A program made the translations under genes and the position numbers. Shown here one piece after another: positions 19,074 to 28,311 of a stretch of DNA of 64,000 bases. Source of the stretch: Akkermansia sp. (lineage in GTDB: Bacteria > Verrucomicrobiota > Verrucomicrobiia > Verrucomicrobiales > Akkermansiaceae); contig JAKSOU010000004.1 of NCBI GenBank assembly GCA_024405435.1, positions 576 through 64,575 on the forward strand. Direction: 5' to 3'. The notes below the pieces were generated by a model that had not been told where the DNA came from, ran no database searches, and was given only the letters and a program-made list of their open reading frames with translations. The first letter of the stretch is position 1; every line of letters begins with the position of its first letter.

Positions 19074-20029
19074 GGCAGCAGGCGGGGGAAGCGTTCCAAA
19101 ATGTAGTCGGCGGTGCGTGCCGCCTCGTTGATGACGGTGGCCTGCGTGGGCAGGGAGTGGGAGGACTTGGCCCACTCGGTGAACGTGTGCACCATGCCGT
19201 CCTTCACCAGCATCTGTAGCCCGCGGGCCACGCGCGGCAGCTTTTTCTTGTCACCCTTCTTGCCGCGCTGCGGGGCCTCCTGCATCTCCAGGATGCCCAC
19301 GGGTGCGCCGCTGGAAAGGGCCTCGTACACCATGGACACGCTGTCCTGGGTGACCCAGACCTCACGGGCGCGGGAGAGGTGCACGGGCACCCAATCCGCG
19401 GAGGTTTCCTCCACGGGCACGGCGTGGATGCTGGGGCACGCGGCCTGGAGGTCGTGGATGAAGTCCTGCGGTGTGCGGCGCGAGGTGGTGAGCACCATGG
19501 GCGTGGAGTTGTGGTGCACGATGTTGGCAAGCTGGGTGAGCAGGAGCTCGGCGTCCCATGCGTAGCTTTTGCTGGGGCCGCCCACCAGAATGAGGGTTTC
19601 CGTCTTGGGAATGTCGGGCCGCGGGTGGATGCAGTTGATGGCGCCGTTGGTGCAGAAGGTGTTTTTTCCCGGCTCGCGGTTCTCCGGCACATCGTGGCGG
19701 GGCATGATGCACAGGTCGAACATGCGTAGCGGCAGGCTGGGCCGCATGCACACCATGCACAGGCTCTTCATGCGGCGCGCCAGGCTCAGCGCCGCCAGGT
19801 GCGTGCCGTGCCCCGCGCACAGCACCAGGTCCGGCTTCGGCAAATCCGCCAGGTCCTTCCCCTTGTAGAACATCTTGGCGAAATACCCCTTGCCGGTGAT
19901 GTCCACCTCGTGCACGCTGTGCGCCGTATCCGGCCGCAGCTTCTGCGCGCGGGCCACCAGCGCGCCCGCCAGCCCGCGCGTCTGCGAGAGGTGGCCCTTC
20001 TTGCCGTCGCTGATGATGTAGATGACCAT
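19070..20029 (-). CDS. ELM1/GtrOC1 family putative glycosyltransferase (DUF1022)
   Basis: SDGKKGHLSQ, LVGGPSK, TTSRRTP, WVTQDSVSMVYEA. Confidence 0.85.
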   Translation of the reverse strand: MVIYIISDGKKGHLSQTRGLAGALVARAQKLRPDTAHSVHEVDITGKGYFAKMFYKGKDLADLPKPDLVLCAGHGTHLAALSLARRMKSLCMVCMRPSLPLRMFDLCIMPRHDVPENREPGKNTFCTNGAINCIHPRPDIPKTETLILVGGPSKSYAWDAELLLTQLANIVHHNSTPMVLTTSRRTPQDFIHDLQAACPSIHAVPVEETSADWVPVHLSRAREVWVTQDSVSMVYEALSSGAPVGILEMQEAPQRGKKGDKKKLPRVARGLQMLVKDGMVHTFTEWAKSSHSLPTQATVINEAARTADYILERFPRLLP

Positions 20030-20038
20030 ATCCCGCGG

Positions 20039-21328
20039 TTATTGCAGGGGAAGGATGACGCTGCCGCAGAGCTCGCCGCCGATGAACGGTGAGTTCTGCG
20101 TGCCGCACGCCAGCTGCGCCGCCTGCACCGTGCCGCACGCCGACGGATCGAACAGCATGAGCGGCGCCACGCGCGGCTCGTCGTACTCGTCCACCGGCTT
20201 CACGATGCCGCAGGGCGCCGTGGAGCACGCGCGCACCAGCTCCGCCCACGTGAGCAGGCTCGGCTTCACCAGGTGCGTGTAGAGCGCGGGCAGGAAGTGG
20301 TCCAGCACGGCCATGCCGTGGGGCGCGGTGATGAAGTCCTGCTTCTTGGCGAAGGGGATGCAGGGCGTGTGGTCGCTCACGATGCAGTCGATGGTGCCGT
20401 CCTTCACGCCGGCAATCAGGGCCTCGCAGTCGCGGCGCTCGCGCAGCGGGGGCAGCACCTTGTAGTTGGTGTTGTAGTTGCCCACGTCCTCGTGCGTGAA
20501 CAGGAGGTGGTGGAGGGCCACCTCCGCGGTCACCTTCTGCCCGGCGGCCTTGGCGCGGCGGATGATATCCACGCCCTCGGCTGTGCTGACGGTTTGGATG
20601 TGGATGCGCGCGCCGGCGTCCGCGGCGAGGCGCAGGAGGGTCTCGATGCCGATTTCCTCGGCGCAGGCGGGGGTGCCGTGCAGGCCGAGGCGGTACGAGG
20701 TGGCGCCGGGGTGCATGTACGTGTTGCGGGTGAGCTCCGGAACATCGCCGCGGATGGCGAGCACCATGTCCAGCTCCGCCACGTACTTCATCACGCGGTG
20801 GAGTGTGAGCAGGTTGGCGGGCACGTGCTCGGCATCACTGAGGATGCGCACGCCGCGGGCGGCGAGGGTGTTGTACGGGGCCTGCTGCTCGCCGCCCATG
20901 CCGAGCGTGATGCATCCGGCCGCGTACATCTCCGCGGAGGAGCGCTGCTCCACGGCGTCGCGGAAGCTGTCGAGGTTCGGCGCGCTGTCGAAGCAGAAGC
21001 CGCGGTTGGGCATCACCAACATGGCCCACACGCCGCCGTTGGTGGCGGCCTGGCCCGTGCGGTTCACGGACTCGCGCTTGCTGCGCCCGCTGATTTCCAC
21101 CTTGGCGTGCATGTCGAACAGGGCGGGCAGCAGCAGCTTGCCCGCCGCGTCAATCACCTGCGCGCCCTGCGGCACGGGCAGCTTGCCCGCGGGCTCGCAG
21201 CGCTCCACGCCCGTGAGCGTGATGCCGTCCAGCTGCGGGTGTTTGCCGTCCTCGCAGGTGGTGAGGGACAAATCGTACTTTTCCCCGGAGATGGCCCAGG
21301 TGGCGTTTTTGATGATGGTGTCAGTCAT
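20039..21328 (-). CDS. pyrC: Dihydroorotase-like protein, probably inactive PyrC' partner of ATCase
   Basis: Amidohydrolase fold (MPN, AEV..HHL, PPLR, SDH), but metal ligands are substituted: DMHAK, AIRGD, HIQTVS. Confidence 0.8.
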   Translation of the reverse strand: MTDTIIKNATWAISGEKYDLSLTTCEDGKHPQLDGITLTGVERCEPAGKLPVPQGAQVIDAAGKLLLPALFDMHAKVEISGRSKRESVNRTGQAATNGGVWAMLVMPNRGFCFDSAPNLDSFRDAVEQRSSAEMYAAGCITLGMGGEQQAPYNTLAARGVRILSDAEHVPANLLTLHRVMKYVAELDMVLAIRGDVPELTRNTYMHPGATSYRLGLHGTPACAEEIGIETLLRLAADAGARIHIQTVSTAEGVDIIRRAKAAGQKVTAEVALHHLLFTHEDVGNYNTNYKVLPPLRERRDCEALIAGVKDGTIDCIVSDHTPCIPFAKKQDFITAPHGMAVLDHFLPALYTHLVKPSLLTWAELVRACSTAPCGIVKPVDEYDEPRVAPLMLFDPSACGTVQAAQLACGTQNSPFIGGELCGSVILPLQ

Positions 21329-22250
21329 TGTTCTGGGTCTGGGGTGTGAGGTGGTAAAGGATGCTCATGCGTGCGGCGATGCCGTTCTCCACCTGGTTGC
21401 ACACCAGGCAGTTGCGGTACTCCATGGCGGCGTCGCACAGCTCCACGCCGCGGTTGACGGGGCCGGGGTGCATGATGCCGAGGTCCAGGTCGTCGATGAT
21501 TTTCAGGCGCTCCTCGGTCACGCCGAACGCTTGGTGGTAGTCCCCCGCGGGGAAGAACGGCGTGTCGATGCGCTCGTTCTGCACGCGCAGCAGGTAGATG
21601 ACATCCGGCTTCCAGTCGAACACCTCGTCCCAGTTCGTGAAGCGCGGGATGCCCGTGTGCGCCTGCAGCGGCACCAGCGGGCCGGGGCCCATGTACGCCA
21701 CCTGCGCGCCCAGGCGCTGCAGGATGGTGCTGGTGGATCGCGCCACGCGCGAGTGCAGGATATCGCCGATGATGACCACGCGCTTGCCGGCCACCGTGCC
21801 GTACTTCTCGCGGATGGTGAAGGCGTCCAGGAAGGCCTGGCTGGGGTGCGCGTGTGCGCCGTCGCCGGCGTTGATGACGGCGGCCTTGCAGTGGCGGGCG
21901 ATGACGTCCGGGATGCCGCTGTTCTTGTGGCGCACGATGATGTAGTCCATCTTCATGCTCATGAGCGTGTCGATGGTGTCGTGCACGCTCTCGCCCTTGA
22001 CCACGCTGGAGGTGCCCACGGTGAACGTGGTGACATCCGCGGAGAGGCGGTGCGCCGCCACCTCGAAGGACGACCTCGTGCGCGTGCTCGGCTCGTAGAA
22101 GAGGGTCAACACGGACTTGCCCTTGAGCGCCGGAACCTTCTTCACGCTCTTGGTGAAGATGTCCTTCATCGCCGTGGCGGAATCCAGGATCGTGTTGATC
22201 TCCTCGTCGCTCAGAGACCCGATGGTGATTAAATCCTTTCTCGGCTTCAT
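21321..22250 (-). CDS. pyrB: Aspartate carbamoyltransferase catalytic subunit
   Basis: FYEPSTRT, KGES, HPSQAFLD, MHPGP. Confidence 0.97.
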   Translation of the reverse strand: MKPRKDLITIGSLSDEEINTILDSATAMKDIFTKSVKKVPALKGKSVLTLFYEPSTRTRSSFEVAAHRLSADVTTFTVGTSSVVKGESVHDTIDTLMSMKMDYIIVRHKNSGIPDVIARHCKAAVINAGDGAHAHPSQAFLDAFTIREKYGTVAGKRVVIIGDILHSRVARSTSTILQRLGAQVAYMGPGPLVPLQAHTGIPRFTNWDEVFDWKPDVIYLLRVQNERIDTPFFPAGDYHQAFGVTEERLKIIDDLDLGIMHPGPVNRGVELCDAAMEYRNCLVCNQVENGIAARMSILYHLTPQTQNND

Positions 22251-22258
22251 AAGTAAAA

Positions 22259-22283
22259 CTCCTAATCTTAATCCTAATCCTAA
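22259..22283 (-). repeat. AGGATT array between pyrR and pyrB
   Basis: Minus strand (TAA)TTAGGATTAGGATTAAGATTAGGAG; the last unit gives AGGAG 8 nt before the pyrB ATG. Confidence 0.85.
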
Positions 22284-22790
22284 TTAAAATTCGATTTTAT
22301 CCTCGCCATCCACTTCATGGAGCCGCACCTGCACCTCCTTCCCCGCCTCCGGTTCCAGGTGGAAACATGTATAATCCGCGCAGATGGGCACCTCCCGCCC
22401 CTCGCGGTACGCCAGCGTCTGCAGCTCCACCCGCGCCGGGCGCCCATACTCGAACAGCGCGTTCAGCGCCGCGCGGATGGTGCGCCCCGTGTACAGCACA
22501 TCGTCCACCAGGATCACATGCAGCCCATCCGTGGAGAACGGCAGGTACGACGACCGAAGCGGCAGCTTCTCCGCCCGCATGTCCAGGTCGTCGCGGTAGA
22601 GTGAAATATCGATGGCGCCGTACAGGGCATCGATTCCGCGCTCCTTGAGCCCGGCCACCAGGCGCTTGGCGAGCAAATCGCCGTGGCTCATCAGCCCGAT
22701 GACCGCCAGCCGTTCCGCGCCCTCTGCGGCAATCCTCTCCACCCAAGCAGAGATGGCGCTCTCAATCTCCTTTGCTCCAATGCAGCCCAT
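22284..22790 (-). CDS. pyrR: PyrR bifunctional regulator / uracil phosphoribosyltransferase
   Basis: IDISLYRDDL, VILVDDVLYTGRTIRAAL, REVPICADY. ATG 22790 preferred because the upstream extension is repeat-derived. Confidence 0.92.
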   Translation of the reverse strand: MGCIGAKEIESAISAWVERIAAEGAERLAVIGLMSHGDLLAKRLVAGLKERGIDALYGAIDISLYRDDLDMRAEKLPLRSSYLPFSTDGLHVILVDDVLYTGRTIRAALNALFEYGRPARVELQTLAYREGREVPICADYTCFHLEPEAGKEVQVRLHEVDGEDKIEF

Positions 22791-22802
22791 ACGCAGAAAA
22801 TT

Positions 22803-22827
22803 TCCTAATCCTAATCTTAATCCTAAT
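22803..22827 (-). repeat. AGGATT array between purE and pyrR
   Basis: Minus strand ATTAGGATTAAGATTAGGATTAGGA. Confidence 0.85.
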
Positions 22828-22841
22828 TCGCTCACACAGGA

Positions 22842-23249
22842 TTATTCAGCGAGCTGAATAATCCTGTGAGCGGCCATAGCCGCGTTGAGCGGTGTCTTCT
22901 TGTGCAGCCCCACCGTCAGCGCGGGCACGCCGCCCGGCAGCTGCGAGATGGCCAGCAGGGCGTCAATCCCGTTGAGCGGGCCGCACGGAACCGGCACGCC
23001 AATTACAGGCAGCGACGTGTTCATCACCACCACGCCCGGCAGCGCCGCGGAAAGACCCGCCACGCACAGCAGAACCGCCTTCGTCTTGGCGGCCTCCAGG
23101 CCCTTCAGGTACTCGATGAGCCCCGGCAAATCGCGGTGCGCGGAATACACCACCTCCTCATGCTCCACTCCGTGTTCTGCAAAATACACCCGCGCCGGCT
23201 CCATAAAGGGCAGGTCGCTCTTGCTACCGTATATCGTGATAACCTTCAT
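22842..23249 (-). CDS. purE: N5-CAIR mutase
   Basis: GSKSD, SAHR, AGLSAALPGVV, PVIGVP, GIDALL, QLPGGVP. Confidence 0.93.
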   Translation of the reverse strand: MKVITIYGSKSDLPFMEPARVYFAEHGVEHEEVVYSAHRDLPGLIEYLKGLEAAKTKAVLLCVAGLSAALPGVVVMNTSLPVIGVPVPCGPLNGIDALLAISQLPGGVPALTVGLHKKTPLNAAMAAHRIIQLAE

Positions 23250-23259
23250 ACCGACCGCC

Positions 23260-23288
23260 ACTCTACCACACCAACCGCCACAGCGCAA
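23260..23288 (-). promoter_or_regulatory. Sigma70-like promoter of purE-pyr operon
   Basis: TTGCGC-17-TAGAGT with TG extension; ATG lies 10 nt downstream. Confidence 0.65.
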
Positions 23289-23289
23289 C

Positions 23290-23320
23290 AAAAAACGCGC
23301 GCGTATGTATACGTGCGCGT
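23290..23320 (-). terminator. Intrinsic terminator after DMT gene
   Basis: ACGCGCACGTAT-AC-ATACGCGCGCGT then T-tract. Confidence 0.65.
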
Positions 23321-23345
23321 GGTGGACGTGCTGTTCCGTCTTCCC

Positions 23346-23711
23346 TTATGGGGTCATGAGGCCCTCGCGGTTCACGAAGAACACGGCGCCCATCACGCAG
23401 AGGAACGCCCACAGGTAGTCCCACTTCCAGTGCTCCCCCATGAAATAAATCATGAAGGGCACGAAGACGACCAGGGTGATGGCCTCCTGCATGATTTTCA
23501 GCTGGGCCAGGGAGAGCCCGTACTCGCGGCCGATGTGGTTGGCCGGAACCATGAAGCAGTACTCCAGGAACGCCACGCCCCAGCTCATCAGCACCAGCTT
23601 CCACCACGGCGCATCCGGCGTCTGCCCGGGGTCCCGCAGGAACCCGTACCACGCGAAGGTCATGAAGGTGTTGCTGGCGACGAGCAGGAGGATGGAGAGG
23701 GCGAGCTTCAT
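23346..23711 (-). CDS. DMT family protein (DUF486)
   Basis: SNTFMTFAWYG, SWGVAFLEY, QLKIMQE, WDYLWA. Confidence 0.9.
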   Translation of the reverse strand: MKLALSILLLVASNTFMTFAWYGFLRDPGQTPDAPWWKLVLMSWGVAFLEYCFMVPANHIGREYGLSLAQLKIMQEAITLVVFVPFMIYFMGEHWKWDYLWAFLCVMGAVFFVNREGLMTP

Positions 23712-23724
23712 GGCGTACGTGCCC

Positions 23725-24648
23725 CTACTTGGAGATGAGGAAGAAGCGGGCGGGGTCTTTCTTCTGCGGGTTGTGCACGAAGCGCAGGCCCTTGAGGGCA
23801 TCCATGCCGATGACGCCGTTCGGCCCCGGCTGGAGCTGCGGCGTGAGCGGGAGGGTCTGCACGCCCTTGCCGAGCGCGAGGGCCTTCGGCTTGCCCAGCC
23901 CCACGTTCATGTAGCGCCCGCCGTTCACGTCGGACACGCCCACCGTGGCCTTCGCGTCCAACGCGCCCATGCCCCACGCCTGCGCGGGCATGTAGGTCAC
24001 GGAGCTGCCCGTGTCCAGCAGCAGCACCGCGGGATGCGGCTTCTCCGGCGTGCCGGTGTCCACCTGCATGTGCGGGCGCTGCATCTGGTCCACCTGCAGG
24101 GGCTCCATGGGCACCATGGTGTCCACGTCCTCCGGCAGGCCCCAGTGGCAGTTGTCGCCGTTGCGCAGGTCGAAGGTGAAGGGCAGCCAGCCGAGGATGT
24201 CCATGCCGAGGATACCGTCGATGGGCGTGGCCATGCTGCCCTGCACGCCGTCCAGCTGCAGGCAGAGCACGGGCTGCTCGAAGACGGTTTTCTCACCGGC
24301 CTTGGCTCCGGTGTCCAGCTTCACGAAATAGAGGTCCGGGCGCTGGCGGGAGCCCTGGCTGTTGAACTGCATGCCGCTGGTGTCTATCTTCTGCGCGTTG
24401 GGCAGCTTGGTGTCCACGAACCGCTTGCTGAGCACGGTGTGGGACGCCCCGGTGTCCAGCATCATCAGCGCCTTCACTCCATCGATGGTGACGTGGGTGA
24501 GCACCTGGCGCGTGCGGGCGTCGCGGTACATGCCGCTTTCGCTCGGCTGCGCCTGCGGCGCGGGTTGCGGGGCAGGGGAGGGTGTCGCCTCCTGGGCGGC
24601 ACAGAGGCCGCATGCCAGCATGGTCAGGAGAATGGCTGCGTTTTTCAT
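23725..24648 (-). CDS. Secreted aspartyl protease with two retropepsin-like domains
   Basis: Signal peptide; LDTGAS and LDTGSS motifs, each followed by G(I/V)(L/I)GMD. Confidence 0.82.
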   Translation of the reverse strand: MKNAAILLTMLACGLCAAQEATPSPAPQPAPQAQPSESGMYRDARTRQVLTHVTIDGVKALMMLDTGASHTVLSKRFVDTKLPNAQKIDTSGMQFNSQGSRQRPDLYFVKLDTGAKAGEKTVFEQPVLCLQLDGVQGSMATPIDGILGMDILGWLPFTFDLRNGDNCHWGLPEDVDTMVPMEPLQVDQMQRPHMQVDTGTPEKPHPAVLLLDTGSSVTYMPAQAWGMGALDAKATVGVSDVNGGRYMNVGLGKPKALALGKGVQTLPLTPQLQPGPNGVIGMDALKGLRFVHNPQKKDPARFFLISK

Positions 24649-24663
24649 GGCTGGGGAATGCTG

Positions 24664-26151
24664 TTACCCGCGGTTCTTGAGCTGCGGGAAGAGGATGATG
24701 TCGCGGATGGAGCAGGCCCCGGTCAGGAGCATGCACAGGCGGTCGATGCCGATGCCGATGCCGCCCGCGCTGGGCATGCCGGACTCCAGGGACTCCACGA
24801 AGTCGTAGTCGATTTTCTGCGTTTCCTCGCCGGCCTGGTGCTTGAGGCGCTCCAGCTGTTCAATGGGGTCGTTCTGCTCGGAATAGCCGGGGCAGAGCTC
24901 CTGGCCGTTCATCACCATCTCGAACACGTCCACCACCTCCGGGTTCTCCGGGTTGGCTTTGGCCAGCGGCACCAAATCGCGCGCCACGTGGCACACGAAC
25001 AGCGGGTTCGCCTGCTTCTCTTCGACGAGCTTCTCGTACACCTGCTGGGTCACGCCCACGTCGTCGAGGTCCTCGCCGATCTGCACGCCCAGCTCGTTCT
25101 CCGCCTTGGCGCGGCGCTGCTCCGGCGTGAGGTCGAACCAGTCCGCCCCGGCCACCTCCTTCACCAGGTCCACGTAGTCCGCGCGCCGCCACGGACGCGT
25201 CAGGTCGATGGTCCAGCGCAAGTTGCCCTCGTCGTCGTACTGGTCGAACTGCAGCTTGCCGAAAACCTTCTGCGCCACGGTGGTCACCATGTCCTCTACC
25301 AGATCGGCCATGGTCTCGTAGTCGCCGCCGGCTTCATACACCTCCAGCACGGTGAACTCCGGGTTGTGGCGGCGGTCCACGCCCTCGTTGCGGAAGTTGC
25401 GGTTCAATTCAAAGACCTTCGGGAAGCCGCCCACCATCAGGCGCTTCAGGTACAGCTCCGGCGCAATGCGCAGCGTCACGGGCTTCTTCAGCGCGTTGTA
25501 GTACGACTCGAACGGCTTGGCCGCCGCGCCGCCCGCCACGTCCTGCAGCATGGGCGTCTCCACCTCCAGGAACCCGCGCTCCTGCAGGAAATTGCGGATT
25601 TCCTGGACGATGAGCGAGCGCTGCACGAAACGCTGCGCGCTGTCTGCGTTGCTCATGAGGTCCAGGTGGCGGCGGCGGTAGCGCAGGTCCTGGTCCGCCA
25701 GCCCGTGGAACTTGTCCGGCATGGGGCGCAGGGCCTTGGAGAGCACCTTGAATTCCGCCACGCGGACGGAAGGCTCGCCCGTGCGGGTGACGAAGGTCTC
25801 GCCGTCGATGCCCACCCAGTCGCCGCGCTCCAGCAGCTTCCAGAGCGCCCAGGCCTCCTCGCTCACGGCCTTCTTGGTGAGCATGCACTGGATGGAGCCG
25901 CGCACGTCCGCCACGGTGAAGAACTGGGTCTTGCCCATATCGCGCAGCCCGGTGATGCGGCCCAGGAAGCGCACCTGTTTGCCCTCCTCGAAATGAGCCT
26001 TGATTTCCGCCGCGTTCGTGGTCACGTCGAACCGCCCGCCGTAGGGGTTCACCCCCAGCTCGCGGATCTTGCCCACCTTCTCGCGGCGCACGGCAATCAG
26101 CTCCTCCTCTGAAGAGCCCGGCGCTGTCTGTACAGGTTCATTTTCGCTCAT
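24664..26151 (-). CDS. lysS: Lysine--tRNA ligase (class II)
   Basis: YRRRHLDL, EVETPML, LRIAPELYLKR, FRNEG, HNPEF, GIGIDRL. Confidence 0.97.
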   Translation of the reverse strand: MSENEPVQTAPGSSEEELIAVRREKVGKIRELGVNPYGGRFDVTTNAAEIKAHFEEGKQVRFLGRITGLRDMGKTQFFTVADVRGSIQCMLTKKAVSEEAWALWKLLERGDWVGIDGETFVTRTGEPSVRVAEFKVLSKALRPMPDKFHGLADQDLRYRRRHLDLMSNADSAQRFVQRSLIVQEIRNFLQERGFLEVETPMLQDVAGGAAAKPFESYYNALKKPVTLRIAPELYLKRLMVGGFPKVFELNRNFRNEGVDRRHNPEFTVLEVYEAGGDYETMADLVEDMVTTVAQKVFGKLQFDQYDDEGNLRWTIDLTRPWRRADYVDLVKEVAGADWFDLTPEQRRAKAENELGVQIGEDLDDVGVTQQVYEKLVEEKQANPLFVCHVARDLVPLAKANPENPEVVDVFEMVMNGQELCPGYSEQNDPIEQLERLKHQAGEETQKIDYDFVESLESGMPSAGGIGIGIDRLCMLLTGACSIRDIILFPQLKNRG

Positions 26152-26160
26152 AGCGCGCAG

Positions 26161-26234
26161 ATTATACCGCACTCCGCGCAACTTTCAAGCGAAATCAATT
26201 TCTGCTTCCCTTGCGCGCCCCGCGGGTGTAGAAT
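26161..26234. promoter_or_regulatory. Divergent promoters for lysS and lpxC
   Basis: Minus: TTGAAA-16-TATAAT (26188-26161). Plus: TAGAAT at 26229-26234. Each -10 lies 9 nt from its ATG. Confidence 0.6.
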
Positions 26235-26243
26235 ACCACGAGT

Positions 26244-27560
26244 ATGGCAACTCTCAAGCAAAGGACTCTCGCAAAAAGCGCCTCCATTGCAGGCACCTCC
26301 CTCCACACAGGCAAGCCCGTCAAGCTCACCATCAAGCCCGCCGAGCCCAACACGGGACTGCGCTTCCGACGCATCGACCTGGCGGACAAGCCCTTCATCC
26401 CCGCCTCCGCGGACCGCGTGCAGACCGTGGAGCGCGCCACCACGCTGGCGGAGGGCTCTGTGAAGGTGCACACCGTGGAGCACATCCTCTCCGCCCTCAC
26501 CGGCATGGGCGTGGACAACGCCGTTATCGAGATGGATGCCAACGAGCCCCCCATCGGCGACGGCTCCGCAGCCCCCTACGTGAAGCTCATCAAGAAGGCC
26601 GGCGTGGTGGAGCAGGACGCCGTCTGCACCCAGTGGCAGATTCGCGAGCCCATCAAGGTGGAGACCAAGGGCGGCTCCCTCATCGTCATCCTGCCCGCCA
26701 ACGAGTTCCGCGTGTCCGTGACCTCCGTGGGCCCCAACGGCCGCGTCACACAGTACTTCGATTCCGTCATCACCCCGGAAACCTACGAGAAGGAGCTCTC
26801 CACCGCGCGCACCTTCTGCTTCTACGAGGATATCCAGCCCCTGCTGGAGAAGGGCCTCATCCAGGGCGGAACGCTGGAGAACGCCATCGTCATCAAGGGC
26901 GACGAGTTCGTGTGCGCCGGCGGCCTGCGCTTCCCCAACGAGTGCGCGCGCCACAAGGCCATGGACATGATCGGCGATCTCATCCTCAACGGCTGCCGCA
27001 TCCTGGGGCACGTGGTGGCCATCATGCCCGGCCACGGCGTGAACACCCAGATGGCCGCCGCCCTGCAGAAGAAGTACGCGGGCATGGTGGCCATGCGCCC
27101 CAAGGCCGTGGAAATCCCCACCGGGGACGCCGTGATGGACATCACGGACGTGCTCAACATGCTGCCGCACCGCTACCCCTTCCTGCTGGTGGATCGCGTC
27201 ATCGGCTTTGAGGGTGAGCACAAGTGCATCGGCCAGAAGAACGTTTCCATCAACGAACCCTACTTCCATGGCCATTTCCCCAACCGCCCGGTCATGCCCG
27301 GCGTGCTGCAGATCGAGGCCATGGCCCAGGTGGCATCCATCCTCATGCTCCGCATCCCGGAGAACGCCGGCAAGATCGGCTACTTCATGAGCTGCGACAA
27401 GGTGAAGTGGCGCCGCCCCGTGGTCCCCGGAGATGTCCTCACCATCGAGATGGAGCTCACCAAGATGCGCGGCCCCATCGGCGTGGCATGCGGGCGCTGC
27501 CTGGTGGGCGACGAGGTGGCCTGCGAGGCCGAGCTCAAGTTCATGGTGGCCGACGCCTGA
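26244..27560 (+). CDS. lpxC-fabZ: Bifunctional LpxC / FabZ fusion
   Basis: LpxC TVEH and RHKAMDMIGD; FabZ LPHRYPFLLVD and GHFP..PVMPGV. Confidence 0.96.
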   Translation: MATLKQRTLAKSASIAGTSLHTGKPVKLTIKPAEPNTGLRFRRIDLADKPFIPASADRVQTVERATTLAEGSVKVHTVEHILSALTGMGVDNAVIEMDANEPPIGDGSAAPYVKLIKKAGVVEQDAVCTQWQIREPIKVETKGGSLIVILPANEFRVSVTSVGPNGRVTQYFDSVITPETYEKELSTARTFCFYEDIQPLLEKGLIQGGTLENAIVIKGDEFVCAGGLRFPNECARHKAMDMIGDLILNGCRILGHVVAIMPGHGVNTQMAAALQKKYAGMVAMRPKAVEIPTGDAVMDITDVLNMLPHRYPFLLVDRVIGFEGEHKCIGQKNVSINEPYFHGHFPNRPVMPGVLQIEAMAQVASILMLRIPENAGKIGYFMSCDKVKWRRPVVPGDVLTIEMELTKMRGPIGVACGRCLVGDEVACEAELKFMVADA

Positions 27561-27578
27561 TTCACCCCGCTGCCAGCC

Positions 27579-28154
27579 GTGTTGGAGGTCTTTCTCATTG
27601 CACTGGCCCTGGCGGTGGACGCCACGGTGTACTCCTTCTCCTACGGGCTGGTGCTGCGCGTGCAGCGCGTGGTGTCGTCCCTGTGGCTGGCACTGTGCGT
27701 GGGCGGGTTCCAGGCGGCCATGCCGCTGCTGGGCTACGCCGGGGGTGAGGCCGTGCGCGGGCTGGTGGAGGCCTGGGCGCCGTGGATTGTGTTCGCGGTG
27801 TTCCTGCTGCTCGGCGGCAGCGTGATTCTCCAAAACCTGCGCGGCGGGGAGGATTCACCCTCCCGCGCTTCCGAATCCCCCCTCGGCCCATGGACCCTCC
27901 TCCTCGTCGGCGTGGCCACCAGTATCGATGCCCTCGCCGTCGGCGTCTGCATGTCCCTCGGCGGCATCGGCGGCGGCAGACCCGGCATCCCCGGCCTCCT
28001 GCTGGACGTGGCCGTCATCGGCGCGGTCACCTTCGCCTGCTCCCTGGCCGCGTTCCACGCCGCGCGCGCCCTCCAGCACCTCCCCGTCAAGTGGCTGGAA
28101 TGCTTCGCCGGGGGCCTCCTCATCGCCCTCGGCGTCTTCCAGCTCGTCCGCTGA
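27579..28154 (+). CDS. mntP: Manganese efflux pump MntP family
   Basis: ALALAVDA, FQAAMP, ATSIDALAVG; multiple TM helices. Confidence 0.85.
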   Translation: MLEVFLIALALAVDATVYSFSYGLVLRVQRVVSSLWLALCVGGFQAAMPLLGYAGGEAVRGLVEAWAPWIVFAVFLLLGGSVILQNLRGGEDSPSRASESPLGPWTLLLVGVATSIDALAVGVCMSLGGIGGGRPGIPGLLLDVAVIGAVTFACSLAAFHAARALQHLPVKWLECFAGGLLIALGVFQLVR

Positions 28155-28277
28155 CATTTGTCAATCGTTTCAGGTTGGTTAAGCATTTTCGCACCGCCCG
28201 CATCCGCGCCGGAACCCGCGTTTGCGCGCATTGGCGCGGAATTTGCCCGCACCGCAAAATAATGTGCGGTTTCCGGC

Positions 28278-28305
28278 TTGACGCCCCCAGGTCTTGTGGT
28301 AGCAT
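28278..28305 (+). promoter_or_regulatory. Promoter of nrdR (probably leaderless mRNA)
   Basis: TTGACG-16-TAGCAT with TG extension; ATG lies 6 nt downstream. Confidence 0.7.
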
Positions 28306-28311
28306 GGCGGC

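Noticed and set aside
22791-22835. N-terminal extension of PyrR (MSELGLRLGLGNFLR)
   Set aside because: It is the translation of the AGGATT array; ATG 22790 fits the family start better.
22251-22841. PyrR-binding attenuator upstream of pyrR or pyrB
   Set aside because: Spacers are 33 and 51 nt and filled by repeats; no binding-loop or terminator structure seen.
26244-27560. LpxC-FabZ fusion as a novelty
   Set aside because: A well-known fusion in several phyla.
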